NCBI GenBank assembly: GCA_000320545.1
Contig: ADNK01000140.1
Location: forward strand, 248,001 to 312,000
DNA length: 64,000 nucleotides
Direction: 5' to 3'
Source of the DNA: Bigelowiella natans CCMP2755
Lineage: Eukaryota; Protista; Cercozoa
Shown here: in pieces, positions 1 through 12,758 of the stretch
Numbering within the stretch: position 1 is the stretch's first letter
Layout: every line of letters starts with the position of its first letter
Position numbers and translations under genes: made by a program
The notes under the pieces: generated by a model
The model's database searches: none
Told to the model about the DNA's origin: nothing
Seen by the model: only the letters and a program-made list of their open reading frames with translations

Positions 1-126
1 GAGACGTTTTTGAGGCCTTGGCAAGAAAGTATGTTTAGAGTCCTCGTATAGTAGCATAAGGATTCACAACTGGATTGTGATAGGAAGAGAGTGGGAGATC
101 ATCATTGTCGCAATTCTTACTGCTAT

Positions 127-161
<35 letters not shown>

Positions 162-253
162 GTTTTTCTAATAAATTCTTTAAAGATACCTATCAGCGTA
201 CGCTGAGTGGACCACACCCAGCGCAGGGATGTTCGTGTGGTAAATATAAATAA

Positions 254-298
<45 letters not shown>

Positions 299-1107
299 CA
301 TATTTATACCGTCGTATTGTTGTTGTCGTCATCATACAAGCAGTGTAGGAGCGGGAAGGGCTAGTAGGAGAAACACTTATTCTCAACACGCTTTGATCTA
401 TACATTATTCAGTTTTATACTCGTTCATTTTAGTTTTTCGTTTCTAGCACTGGTGCTAGCGTAACATTTCCTGTCTTTTTGCGTCATTACTCGTAGGTTC
501 AAACTTCACGGTATCGACGACACACAGCAATTGATCCAAGAGAAAGTAGAAAAATAATTTAATATACATGCAGCAGGCGTAAGAAAACGCGCCACTAATT
601 CTAATCGTATCATTTCAATCGTCTTAGGCTCGAGGAGCTAACGTCCTACTTCTCCCTGGGCAGGTATATTTACATGACTGTTGTGAATATTTTATCTTAT
701 TCCGATGCCCCCTCCTTTCGTCAATAGAAACAGTCCAATAATTTTGAGCGACCAATCAAGTGGGAGAGGGGGCCAGGGGTGTGGCATTCGATATAAATAT
801 ATGAATGTAAAGTTATAGAGATTATTTTTCTTCCTTTCGTCCGATTTCACATTCTTTCCACATTGAATCCACGTTAGGCTTTCAGTCCCACTAACTCGAA
901 ATCTGAATACGTACGCGCTGCATTTTCGACGGCCTCTGCAGAAGATATGGAAGAGGTAGTAGCGGTGTTGTTTGCATTTCATCTTTTCATCAACTCGCAT
1001 GATGAATGCAGCCATATCATTTGTCCCTATGTGCCGGGCATGAAAAGCTAAATTGACTCATTCAATAGGCGCTTTCAAGATTTAGCAAGTTGCTGGAAGC
1101 ATCTTAA
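1..1107 (+). CDS. AADAT: 3' part of kynurenine/2-aminoadipate aminotransferase (class I PLP aminotransferase); 5' end outside window
   Basis: Six short GT-AG exons splice to RDVFEALARKYLSAYAEWTTPSAGMFVWFKLHGIDDTQQLIQEKARGANVLLLPGQAFSPTNSKSEYVRAAFSTASAEDMEEALSRFSKLLEAS*. This matches the AADAT/KAT-II C-terminus (EW..P.AGMF.W, VL.LPG, YVRA.FS). Stop TAA at 1105-1107. Confidence 0.85.
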
Positions 1108-1728
1108 CTTGCAGCTCTGTTTCTACCCAACGTCTTTGTTGATGTGGCAAAGTCACACATGCGCTGTGCTGCAAGATGTCATCTCGTGGACAGGAATACA
1201 TTCGGCATTTGTGGGCCAATGAAAGCGCAATTTGCATTCTCTCACATGTCATTCTAGAATCGAATGCATTGCTCCTGCACTCCAAATGAATTGAGACAAG
1301 GTGTCGACTTGTCTTCTTGCTCACGCAATGCAAGCAAGCAAGCTGAACTGACCGCTCATGCACGCACAGAACGTTGATCAAGTTTCATTCTCAGCTGAGT
1401 CGTGTGCACACCAGCTCGATTGACCCCATGCACGTTCGTTGCCAGTGCCGCACCCGCTCGCTGCCATCAGAGTCCAACTCTGTGTGACATGCGTGATCTA
1501 GCAATCACCATTGTCGCAGTGTGCAATTGATTCACGCAAGCCTGCGGCTGTGAACATGCACGTGGAAGTTCTCCGAACTTCCGAGAAGTTTCGAGAAGCT
1601 TCCTTTGCGACAAACAATGAAACAATGAAACAATGATGATGAACTGCGATTCCAAAACGTTGCAAGGGGTTGCAGTGTGCAAAACGCAGTGCCTCGAAGT
1701 GGCTTTGGTGAGGTTCAATCTGATCAGG

Positions 1729-2146
1729 AACTTCCTGAAGGCCACATCCACTTGACGGAAGGTGGTCAGTCTCGGCCCCGGTCGCGATCTCTGTCCCTGT
1801 GCTCTCGATCGCGATCGCGATCCCTGTCCCCATCCCGTGCACGATTCCATTCGGAACATCCTCGGCCATCTTTTCTCCAGATGCATCCTCCATTCCTGGT
1901 TTCACTTTCTGAAGTCTGAGTGGGCATGAACTTCCTGAAGGCTGCGTCCGTTCGACGGAAGACGATCACGGTTCAATTGTCACGGTCTCAGGTCGCGATC
2001 TCCATCCCTGTGCTCTCGGTCGCGATCGCGATCTCTATCCTTGTGCTCTCGGTCGCGATCGCGAACCCCATCCCTGTCCCGTGCGCGATTCCGTTCGGAC
2101 CTCATCCATCTTTTTTTCCAGATGCATCCTCCATTCCTTGTTTCAT
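1729..2146. repeat. Degenerate tandem duplication (~200 bp unit) rich in GATCGC, followed by poly-T
   Basis: aacttcctgaaggc at ~1729 and ~1929. The block gtgctctcg.tcgcgatcgcga...ccagatgcatcctccattcct.gtttca occurs at ~1799-1905 and ~2043-2146. Confidence 0.75.
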
Positions 2147-2261
2147 TTTTTTTTTTTTTTTTTTTCTTTCTTCCATGCTCTTGACAATCAACAATGCCGG
2201 GATTAATACGATTAACACCGGGATTAATCATGCCAAGGAGCTGCCCTGTCCTCATGGCACG

Positions 2262-4444
2262 ATGGAGACAGTAGCCCTCCGACGGATTGCAGCTGCGGCT
2301 GCCTTGATGGTAGGCGCGCCTGCGGCCGCCACCGTGATCCAGAATGCATACTGTGAGGAGATGGGCAGAAGATTTACTGTTAGTACATCTCTAGGGGAAC
2401 AGCAGCAGTGCTCTGAGAGGAGGCTTGGAGGCATTGACACTTGTGAGGATGATGATGATGATGATGATGATGATGGTGAGAAGGGGCAACACCCATTCAG
2501 CAGCTTCTTTCAAGAGTCCAAGCTGAAAATACAAAGAATCGTGGAGGCTTCGGTGGGTGGGAGCCAGGAGCTGTCTGACATTCGAAAGGCCGTGGCGAAG
2601 CTCGAGGGCCCACTGGGAGGCATCTTAGGCAGAATGATTTCACCATATGCTTTCTTCTTCCTCTGGCGGCAAAAGTATCAGTATCGCAATGGCTGTAGCA
2701 AGTTAGCAGAAAGCGATCTAGCAGGACACAAGCCGCTGTTCAATTCCAATGAGTTGTCTGATCTTCGCTGGCTTGCGAGATTCACACAGCTCTCTTATGA
2801 TTCATGTGACTCTGAGCAGCAGCTTCAGGAAGCCCTGAGTCACTTCGAGGAGGACATACCTGCACGGTTCGCTGGGGCGGATTCTTTAGGCCATCTAGCT
2901 TTCTTGGCGGGTCGAAACATTGTTCAGGATTACCTGGGTTCGTCGGCATCTTTTGAAATAGCCAATAAAAGGAGACGGGCGTTATGGAAAGAGTTTCGAG
3001 GCGAGGATGAGGCTGCAGCAAAGAGCAGAAGAACGGGTAAATGGAAAGTATTACATATAGAACCCATCTCTCGGAGTGGGGCTCCATGTCACTTTGTGGC
3101 TGTCAATCACGAAACCCGGAGCGCAGTGCTTTGCGTGAGAGCAACCAAAACCTTCGCCGATGCGATTACCGATATGCACTATGACGCTCAGTTAGTGGAG
3201 TATAAGAAAGAGAGGGCAACCATGTTTTCCAAGGCGATGCATTTCTGGTTTCATTCGGACAAGGACGCAGCGCATAGTGGAATGATGAGGTCTGCTAAGG
3301 TCGGCTTTTTGAAAATATCTGTGAATATTAGTTTGGTGAAAAATACGTTTTTTTTACCCCTGTCAGGTGCTCAAAGACCAACACTCGAGAACACTGGAAG
3401 AGCTTGCTAAGAAAGGATACCGAATCACTTTCACTGGGCATTCCCTCGGAGCAGGAACAGCTGCAATTTTAGCCACTCAAATGAAGGTACCCACATGAAC
3501 AATATTTAAACACCATTTCACCCTACTTCTTCTCCAGGAATCTCTTCCATTCTCTAGGGCGTATTGCTATGCCACCCCAGCGTGTATGACCGAACGACTG
3601 GCTAGGAAGGCTGCTCCGTTTGTAACAACAGTTATTTTTGATGACGATGTGATCCCTCGAGCTAGCACGCACACACTTCTAGCTCTTCACAACGAGCTCC
3701 TGGAAGTCGAGACACAGCTCCCGGCTCATTTCGACCAATTCTTTGCAGAGAAAATGTGCATGACTCCCCCCCCTCTCTCACATACATACACGCGCAAACT
3801 ACTTTCTTAATGATTGTGTATTAGTGCATACAAAAATATCTTTTTTAGAATGTGATTATTACATAATATGCATAATTATTCTCTTGTGTATTGCAGTGTA
3901 CATGCACACTTGATATGTGTCTTTTTCCCAAACACATTAAACATTCCCTAACGACCCGTGATGAACATGTTACAAACAAACATGAATTCTTTGTCGCCAA
4001 CATAAGCATTCTCAATTTTTCTTGTTCTGACCCTCTTCTCCTGCCCACCTTCTATTTGTTAGGGGTAATAGAGGAGCTGGATACAGTAATAACACCAAGA
4101 ATTCATTGCATCTTGCCCAAATCAATTCGCAAGGAAGCCGAGATCTCGACGAAAACATAGAGAATAATACTCCTGATACAATAGTACCGCTTCCTGATGT
4201 AGACACGCAAATGTTTCCTCCAGGTCGAATCATCTTCATGCACAGACTTGATGAGGAAGGCGGGATGAGAGCAGTAGTGGCAAAACCAAGCTATTTCGAT
4301 TGTATCCAGCTGTCTCCGACCATGATTTCTGATCACTTACTAGCCTCGTCATATGTGCAAGCACTAGAATCAGCTACTCAGAACATTCACAAACCTAGAA
4401 ACCTGGACAATAATGCTAGAATGCCAAGAAATGAGAATGATTAA
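2262..4444 (+). CDS. Class-3 lipase (DAG-lipase-like), 4 exons
   Basis: HFVAVNHETRSAVLCVRATKTFADAITD and AHSGMMRSAK in exon 1; GYRITFTGHSLGAGTAA nucleophile motif at ~3415-3465; DDDVIPR; final exon FPPGRIIFM...MISDHL. The start could be 2175 or 2262. Confidence 0.85.
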
Positions 4445-4981
4445 CATTTGGGGGGAACAATGCATAGTGAATTCACCAGCTGCAGTTTTCATGAATCTGA
4501 CTGCTGCATGTGATGTGCATGCATATATTATTCTAGCATTGTGCATTGAATGACAAGTTGATGGGCGATACACACATGGAAGCTTACATGTACATCCCCA
4601 CTCTTACACTGCGATCTACACTAGTACACACTAGCACAAGGCATCATAAATCTAAAGTCTAGGTTTGTCTATGGCACACTTACACATAAGTTGCTGCTGA
4701 AGTCAGCATGTAGGCGTGCATGCACAAGCTAGCAAGGTATGATGCGCGGGCGCACGCATTGCTTGCTAGACCTATTCTGTGCCTGGCGTTACCTAGCATA
4801 TATAGTATCATCCTTACATGTCTAGAGATATATAGATTGATACGGATATCTTTAGACCTAGACACTATGATTCATTCAACCATACATAGCATACGTATTT
4901 AAACATGAACATAAACGTTTGCAAGTGACTATCTCGTTTGATTCACATTATATTATGAGATGCCATAGGTTGACCACGTAA

Positions 4982-6167
4982 TTAACACTCTGGGATGTCG
5001 AGATCGGACTTCCCATGAATGGATTTGGCCCCAGTTACTTCATCGTTTGGATTCTGGTCGAAGATTCTAGGTACTGTAGAGAAATATTTGAAACTGCCAT
5101 CATTCACAAGGTCCACTCTAATTTTATCCTCCGATTGATGAATTGGGACATTCGCTTCCAACTCAATTTCAGCTGCACGCCTGGTGTACATGTATGCATG
5201 TGTGCAATATGGTTGAGGAGCTTGGATGAGCTTGATGCCTCCAGGAAGCATCGCCATGGTATCACCACAATAAGGGCTGCAAATTCCAAGATTAATTCCA
5301 TCCCATTTTGGCTCCTTGCTCGAAGATTTTGCCAAATCATGGATGTATTGGAGGATGTTTATCTTCCCTGATTGTAATTATTTATTTATATTATAAGAGA
5401 GAGGATGTACAGAATATGACAAAGAGTCCACCTTGATCTTTCCCCTGTGCCTTTGCTATTCTTTCTCGGATACCCTCTTGAAGAATGATGTCGTCTTCAA
5501 ACACGACGGCATGGGTTAGTGTTTTGTCCTTTAGAAACATTTTTAGCGCTTTTTGGTGAGAAAGGGCGCAAGCGATGATTCCTTTGCGACGGAAATCCCA
5601 CAGCTTCTTCGAGAAACCTCTTTGGAGCTGAGGATGAAGTTATAAATGACTTTGTTCGTACACATATACTATCTCTATACCTGTCCAGATTTGACGAGGT
5701 TTGCCTCGTTAAAGGAGTTTCTGTCAATGGCATCCACAACTCTAGTCGAGTTCTGTAATCCAATTTGTTCCAAGATGGAGGTGGCATATTCTTTCCTGTC
5801 TTCCATAGCGATTACGTAGAATCCCAAACTTCCATGATTCTGCGACACCCTGAAGGTAAGCTAGTTTATTTTTGATGCAAGAAGATAAAAATACAAGGAT
5901 TCACTTACACACTCATTCCCGCCTGGCTTCTCATAAATGTCCCTACAATCGGGGAAATGGGCTCTTTGAATTGTATCTAAAGACAATATAATCACAAACC
6001 ATACTGATATTCGACCAACTAAAATCATACTTCAACGAGGAACCACAAGATAACAGAAATGGAATGAAATGGTATACTATGTTATTCATGGAGGAGTTCA
6101 AGGGCTGATGTGGATCACGCCACACCGCCAAGCAGCATGAAACAAACAGTGCCAGAATCCAGAGCAT
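4982..6167 (-). CDS. Glycosyltransferase family 25 protein with N-terminal hydrophobic anchor, multi-exon
   Basis: Spliced motifs FYVIAMEDRK, VVDAID, GIIACALSH, AVVFEDD, WDGINLG and CTHAYMYTRRAA; N-terminus MLWILALFVSCCLAVW. Confidence 0.8.
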
Positions 6168-6898
6168 TGTGATTGTGATTTCTAGGAAGTACCAAGTGCG
6201 AAGTTTCCAAAGAACATGTTTTTAGTGGAAACGGGTTGATGCACAATGAGAGACGGGCATTCGAGGCATTCGAGGCATTCAAGCAAACGTATTTTGAAAA
6301 CCCCCTACGTTTATTCTCCTCGACAAAAATCTATGAGTACCTACCTATTTGCTTGTAATTCCATGTGTAAGAATTCATGGATGTCTTCACGATGAAATAG
6401 CCTTTGCTTTTCAATTTTGAAATTTCTCTCGTATGCTCGTATCCATTACACACCGAGGTTTTTTGGGTATTTTGTACCGGTACATAAAACAATACCTTTA
6501 TTGGAAAAAAAGGGCATTCTTATGGTACGTCATCCGTTCTTTTTTGTCTTTCGTCATGATATTAAGCTTTGTTGTAAGTTTGCCTTTGCTTGACTCCCGC
6601 CTTTTCTGGAGAGATGAGACAACAGCAACACCTCAGATTTCTACTCTGCGTCAAGACATATACCTTGGCGCACACCCCACTTTATTGGTGTTCGCTGCCG
6701 CACTTCCTTCTTCTCGCAAGCAATCAGAAACCAGAAGCCTCTTCCAGAGGTAGCCCTTCATAACGGTGGAAGGAAGGAAGGAAGGAGAGCTGTTCGGAGC
6801 TTCTGCGTTTTCAACACATATATTAATCTCTTTTCTTCTGTACCATGACTTGCAGGAGACCAAATTCGTGCACCACTAGGAATCATTCTTTGGAAAAT

Positions 6899-8992
6899 AT
6901 GTCGACCAGAAAAGTGACAGTTAAATGGGGCAAAAAGGTGTTCGAAATCGAGGTTGGAGAAAGCCTTGGGGAGGTTCAGGCGCAGCTGTACTCCCTGACT
7001 CAAGTACCAGTTGAAAGACAGAAAATTCTTGCTCGAGGCCGTCAGCTTAAGGTAGGAGATTCTGATTCTCCGGAGTATTCCATACCTGCCTTACGTACAA
7101 AATTTTTACAGAAGGATAAAGACCTGACAAAAATCAAGCCGGTAAGAAGCTCATATCACCCTTGTTTGATTATTTTTTAATTAAAAGACAATATAGGGAG
7201 CGAAACTTATGATGATGGGTACTGCGGAAGTCCTCGCGGTTCCAACGAAAGAATATGTGTTTGAGGAGGATCTAACAGCGAAGCAGAAAGCTGAGTTGAC
7301 AAAAGAGGTCACTCTATCATGAAGAGATTCTTTTTTCGGACAACTGAAATTTGTATGTGTTCATCAGGATGTGGCAGGACTGAACAACCTGGGGAATACC
7401 TGTTACATGAATTCCACTGTGCAATGTTTAAGACGTATTGGCGAGCTCAAGGGAGCTATTAACAAGTGAGTTTTTTTATTTGTTTACTACCTTTGTTGGT
7501 TGCACCGTTATTATGCTGAATATGTTTTAGGTTCCGAGATGATTCCTCAGCATCCAACGATGCCCATTCCACGATGGTCAAATTAATGGGAGATATGTTT
7601 AACAAGTTAGACGTGGCAGCGGAGCCTTTTACCCCCGTTGCTTTCGTCAACATTTTCCGGACACTTTTCCCACAGTTCGCTCAAAGGGGTGATAGCGGAC
7701 ATTACATGCAGCAAGATGCGGATGACTGCTTAATGACATTCTTGCAAGTGGTTGGCTCGAAGCTAACGTCCCCAAAGTACAGTCTTTCGGATAACTCTCA
7801 AGGGAAGAACTTAACTCAGCAGCTTTTCGGATTCCGTGTTCGAGAAACGTAAGTGTGAATAATTCCCATGAAAGTTTGTTATTGAAGACAACAAGATTAG
7901 AATATTATGTTGTGACTCAACACATGTGCTACAGGCTCAAACTTATGGAAGGAGAGGAGGAGGAGAAGGTTAAAGAACTATCTATGCAAAAGCTTCGCTG
8001 TCATATCGACGAGAAAATCAACTTTCTCGTACAAGGAGTTGAGAAATCTCTTGATGAAGTAGTCGAAGTCAAGTCAAGTAGCTTGGGTCGTAACGCAAAT
8101 TACAAACAGACCACGCGTTTGTTGTCACTTCCAAACTATCTTGTCGTTCAATTTGTCCGTTTCTTCTGGAAAAAGTCCCAGGGCAAAAAATGCAAGATGC
8201 TTCGGGTGATAAATCTAGGATAGAATACAGCTCCCAAAGCAACATAATTAATATTGTATTTACTGAATTGGCAGAAAGTGAAGTTTCCTCTCAAGTTGGA
8301 TGTCGAGAGTTTCTGTGAATCAAACCTTCGCAAGTCTATAGGGGCGAGACGTATGGCAGATAAGGCAAAACGTGATGAAGAGCTCGGATTGGATTCTCTG
8401 AAGGTTGAGAAGAAGGCAAAGACTGAATCGACAACCTCAAAGGATGACCAAGCTATGGAAATCGACTCCTCCATTCAGCCGGCTGGTAGTAATTATCCTT
8501 GATATAATCTAGCATATGCGTAATGATTCTGAATCTTTACTATCAGATACTACGGGTTTCTACCAGTTGTTCGGGGTGGTTACGCACAAGGTATCAATTT
8601 GAATATGGATTTATCTTTTGTTGGAAAATGATTATCTCCTGTGTGTTAGGGTCGGGATGCAGATGCCGGCCATTACATCGGCTGGGTGCACCAGAAAGAC
8701 GGTATGTAAATATTTTCAATGTGCGTTTTGTCGGTGGATATTGTAGTCCCCTTGACATTGTATTTTTTAGACGACTGGTCCAAGTACGATGACGAGAAAG
8801 TGAGCCCATGCAAGGAGGAAGACATCGTTAATCTTTGCGGAGGAGGTTGTTCAACATGTCCTTTCTGAAGTGTTCGAGATCATAACATGTATACTGTTTT
8901 GAATAGGGGACTGGCACACAGCATACATGTGTTACTACAAGCGAATAGATACCATGCCAGTTGAAAGGCCGAAGAAAAAGGGCAAGAAGTAA
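6899..8992 (+). CDS. USP14: Proteasome-associated deubiquitinase USP14/Ubp6, many short introns
   Basis: Ubl domain (VTVKWGK...QLYSLTQVPVERQKIL), Cys box GLNNLGNTCYMNSTVQCL, QQDADDC, LPNYLVVQFVRFFWK, His box VVTHKGRDADAGHYIGWV, and GGGDWHTAY. Stop at 8990-8992. Confidence 0.95.
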
Positions 8993-9299
8993 GGGTTATG
9001 AGCCGATACCCTTTGATTTAATGCAAGAAGCACGTAGACTGGTGAGCGTGTAGCTTTATTGTTCCCAGGATGGATCAAGATGCTTGTGGTTGGAGACAAA
9101 CCTTTTTCTAGGAAAGTATGTAATATCATTGATTACAACATTTGGCATTGTAAAATCTAGAAATTCATACCTTGAGTTTCTGCTGCGTTAACCTTATCCA
9201 TAGTCCTTGGACAAATTTGCATTGTGTGTCTCCACCGTCGCGCAAGATAAGTAGAAAACTTAGCCAAAATTTTGCGCAACGTATATCTCTAGATCTAGA

Positions 9300-9540
9300 A
9301 GACGATATGAAACGGATATGTAATATGACAGCAATTGCATTTTTTCAATGGTCATCCCAATGTCTAGACATGTAGCTATCTAGCTATGCAATATTTCCGG
9401 CGGCTACAGCGAGATGTATGAGACCTAGAGACGGATGTGATGAAAAAGATTACATTTTGTCAATGGTCATCCTTGTAGTCTAGTTGTGTGGCTATCTAGC
9501 TGTGCAAAGCAGCGACTACAGCTATATAGACAGCGCTAAT
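9300..9540 (+). repeat. Two tandem copies of a dispersed ~100-120 bp repeat family
   Basis: acggat.tg.aat...cattttttcaatggtcatcc...gctatctagct occurs twice; related copies at ~24143 (+) and ~38930-39310 (-). Confidence 0.6.
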
Positions 9541-10140
9541 ACCTTGCCATTTTGGCATCATCTACTGCTAGTCTAGATCATGTATGCTGTATGCTAACAC
9601 TCGCGCATGCACAATGTCTACTAGTAGTCTACTAGAATGTACAATGCTTGTCAATCTGGACGACCTAGCTTGTGCATAGCTAGCTAGCTAGCTAGACTTG
9701 CAACGCTTATGTACATTGATGTCAAGACATATTATACTAGTATATCTAGGTATGTCAGCCAAGCGATGATGCAGATTAGCTTATTTGACTTCGTTTATTC
9801 TTTTGTCGACGCATATTCGATCGAACATACTCTGCGATAGCCATGCGCATCGTCGCTGATTTGCGAACCCTTATAGCTTGCTGCTACGCTGCGACACGTT
9901 ATTTCAGTTAGCAGCATAGCCACTCGTTCAACTAACCCTCCATGCACATATGCGACCGCACTTTCTCTCATAAGTATTAGGAAGCTGTTTCAGTAGAAAG
10001 ACACGCACACACAATCATATTGGTCGCTGTACTGTAGCAAGCACGAATTTGCCGTCTACACCTTGAGCTGCCACGATTATCATGTTTTTGTGCATGGCTA
10101 CATCAGCTTGCGAATAATCTGCAAAAGCTTCTCTATGGAT

Positions 10141-10462
10141 TCAGTCGAATCTGCTCCATCTGGGGTCATGCCAATCGTTGTCTTTTGGATTTTTTCCAAG
10201 GAGGTGGCTGATAGGTCCTGCAATAATTTATATGTGAGTAGAGGTCAATATTTGAAGTGCCTGAGTATCATAATTACCATATGTTCCTAATTCTGTAGGT
10301 TCCCCTCCGGATGGAGTTCTCATAATCTGGTGTGTACATCAAACATTCGTGATCCTTTATTATTGAACCGAATAACTGCCGCTTACTTTTCCTCGGTGGA
10401 TGAATTTTTCGTGGAAACGAGTCCACCAATTGTCATACATTGGAGGCCGTCTGTTATAATTA

Positions 10463-10493
<31 letters not shown>

Positions 10494-12408
10494 TAGTTTT
10501 ATCTTGGAGCACAATGTGAAATTTGACTTAAAATGAATTAACACTAGAGAGGGAGAATAGAGAACAAGAGCTGTGATTATGGTTATTACTCTTCCCCCAA
10601 TGGCACTTTGATATGAGCCCAGGTGCCGTTTTCAAGCTCCACCCGAAAGCTGATATCTTGAACCTTTACAAAGGGATTTGTCATTTAGCTCCAGACATGA
10701 GAAACGCCATAAATCAAAAAATGAAGAAAAAGAAGATGTTTCTTGCTTTATTTTGGAGTCCGATTCCAAATTGCTCTCGATTGGTGTTTACTATTTCGAT
10801 ACTGTGATCTGCATACTACTTTGTCAACAGGAACAAACTCCTTCGTGCCATTCGCGTGCGTAATGTTATAGCCAAGGTAATGTGTATCGCCTGAGAGCAA
10901 ACATTTCATAAGCCTGGAACCTACATTTCTAGGCATGTGTTGTCGTTCAATTTCGTCGTTGAGTTAGTTCAGTGTTCGATGTGGTGGTTATCCATGTATT
11001 GTCGGTTGTATGTTTTTCCGTTGTTATTGCAAATGAGCACCAGGCCCGTTTCCATTTTCATCCTCCATCGGATACATTCTAAAGTCGTCGGACCCCTAGT
11101 TTTTAACAAAGTCGAAGCATCGTGAAAGAAGTAGCACAACCTAAAGCACACCGAGCACGCACATGCCCAATGCAATACGCAATTCTACCCTTTATTTATC
11201 TCGTATTCTACCCTTCATCATCCATTTGCATGCTGTTATAACGGGTTTTAGTTCCTACCTCTCCTCCTGGTCTTAAATGATGCACACTATAGTCGTGAGT
11301 ATCCTTGGGTTTCCAAAACATGAGCGTATCTTTTATCGATTCCCAAAATCCTTTCTGCACGATGCATACCACCCGGAATAATTAGAATAAGATCAAAATC
11401 AAAGTCCCCCTTTATTATGAATGTGAATACTTGCAATAATCACCCACCAACATCGCGACTCGTGTCTTATATTGTTTATTATACCTACCTCTGCTGGCCT
11501 TGGAATACCTAGCATGTGATCTGCTGCATCCTCATCTAGCCCCAATAACCAGTTTTTCGGATCCAAAGGGTTCCACTATTAGTATTATTGTGTCATAATA
11601 TATTTATTTGCGTTCTTACAAAGAAGAGGTAGGAATTGTCCATTATGCAGTCATATCATATATTAATCGCATAATCTCGACTTCATCAATACCTTGCCGT
11701 AGTGCTCGAGTTTTTCACCCCAAGGCCCGATGCTGACATCAAAGTCGGGATGACCACCTCCTGTTGCGGGATCCCATGGTTTACCCCCCAGCTCGTACTG
11801 CTTCCCGGCTGTACCCGGTAAAAAGCCGTCTGGTTTTCTCCAAGAATCTAAGTGGAAGAAAGCAATGAGGAGGAGGATAAGAATAAGAGTAATAGAATAC
11901 TATCTCAATGGGGACCAAAAACCAAACAGACACGAAGCTATGCTCTTCATTACCCCACATTCTCTGAATATCGGGATGGACTGGCCCCGCTGGATATTGT
12001 ATTCCCCCAGCTTCGTTAGGGGTGTAAGCATGTGGAGTGGGCCGTTTGAGATCACGCGACCTCGCGGAAAATCGTGGAAACCTTCGAAGTAGATGCTTCT
12101 CCATGCTATACGATGGTGGTGTCTAAACAGCGGAAAAGGTTCGAACAGTAAGACATCGTATGTGTAGAATGTTCTGAAGCAAAATAGTGTATGACCTGCC
12201 CTCTCACTAATCTTCTATCAGTGAACCGTCGGAAGGAAGGCGCTTCCTGTGTAAATTAATGAAACATGAATCCTATATAAACAAGAATGGATTGAGGTTG
12301 AATATTTTAATTGGTTACCTTCAATGCCATTTGTCGTGTCTTTGTCGAAAGAAGCACAATGCATAGCGAGGCAACCACCATCGTGAAAGTACCACAATCA
12401 TGTCCCAT
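10141..12408 (-). CDS. Hypothetical protein with bipartite (signal + transit-like) leader, ~12 exons
   Basis: Phase-consistent exons give MGHDCGTFTMVVASLCIVLLSTKTRQMALK|EAPSFRRFTDRRLVRGQ|TPPSYSMEKHLLRRFPRFSARS...WDSWRKPDGFLPG...HPDFDVSIGPWGEKLEHYGK|WNPLDPKNWLLG...|...DWHDPRWSRFD*. No family recognised. Confidence 0.65.
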
Positions 12409-12758
12409 GGCAATCTGTTGTCGAGGGCTAAGGCAGTCACTTATTTTTGTTGTTGCATTTTCCTATCTAAATGCTCCTGATGTGATCGGCTCCCTCCTCA
12501 AGTTCAACTATCAGTTCTTTTTTTCTTTCCCCTCCCGGGTTAAGTGGGGTAGGTGGGTGTACGAGGAGTCAGCCAGCCGCTTTTTTCATAATGCTTCTGC
12601 ATTATTAAAATTTCGCTTTTCCGATGTTTTCTGACATATCTAATTGTCGCAGTCTGATTTTGCAATCCATTTGAGTACAGAACGCACTAACAAACTCACT
12701 TCGGGGAAATATCGTAGAATTACTGGCGAGAATTTAGGTATCTGATGCTCTGACAGTC

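Noticed and set aside
1920-2261. N-terminal extension of the 496-aa lipase ORF
   Set aside because: It runs through the tandem repeat and a poly-T tract, so it is probably non-coding.
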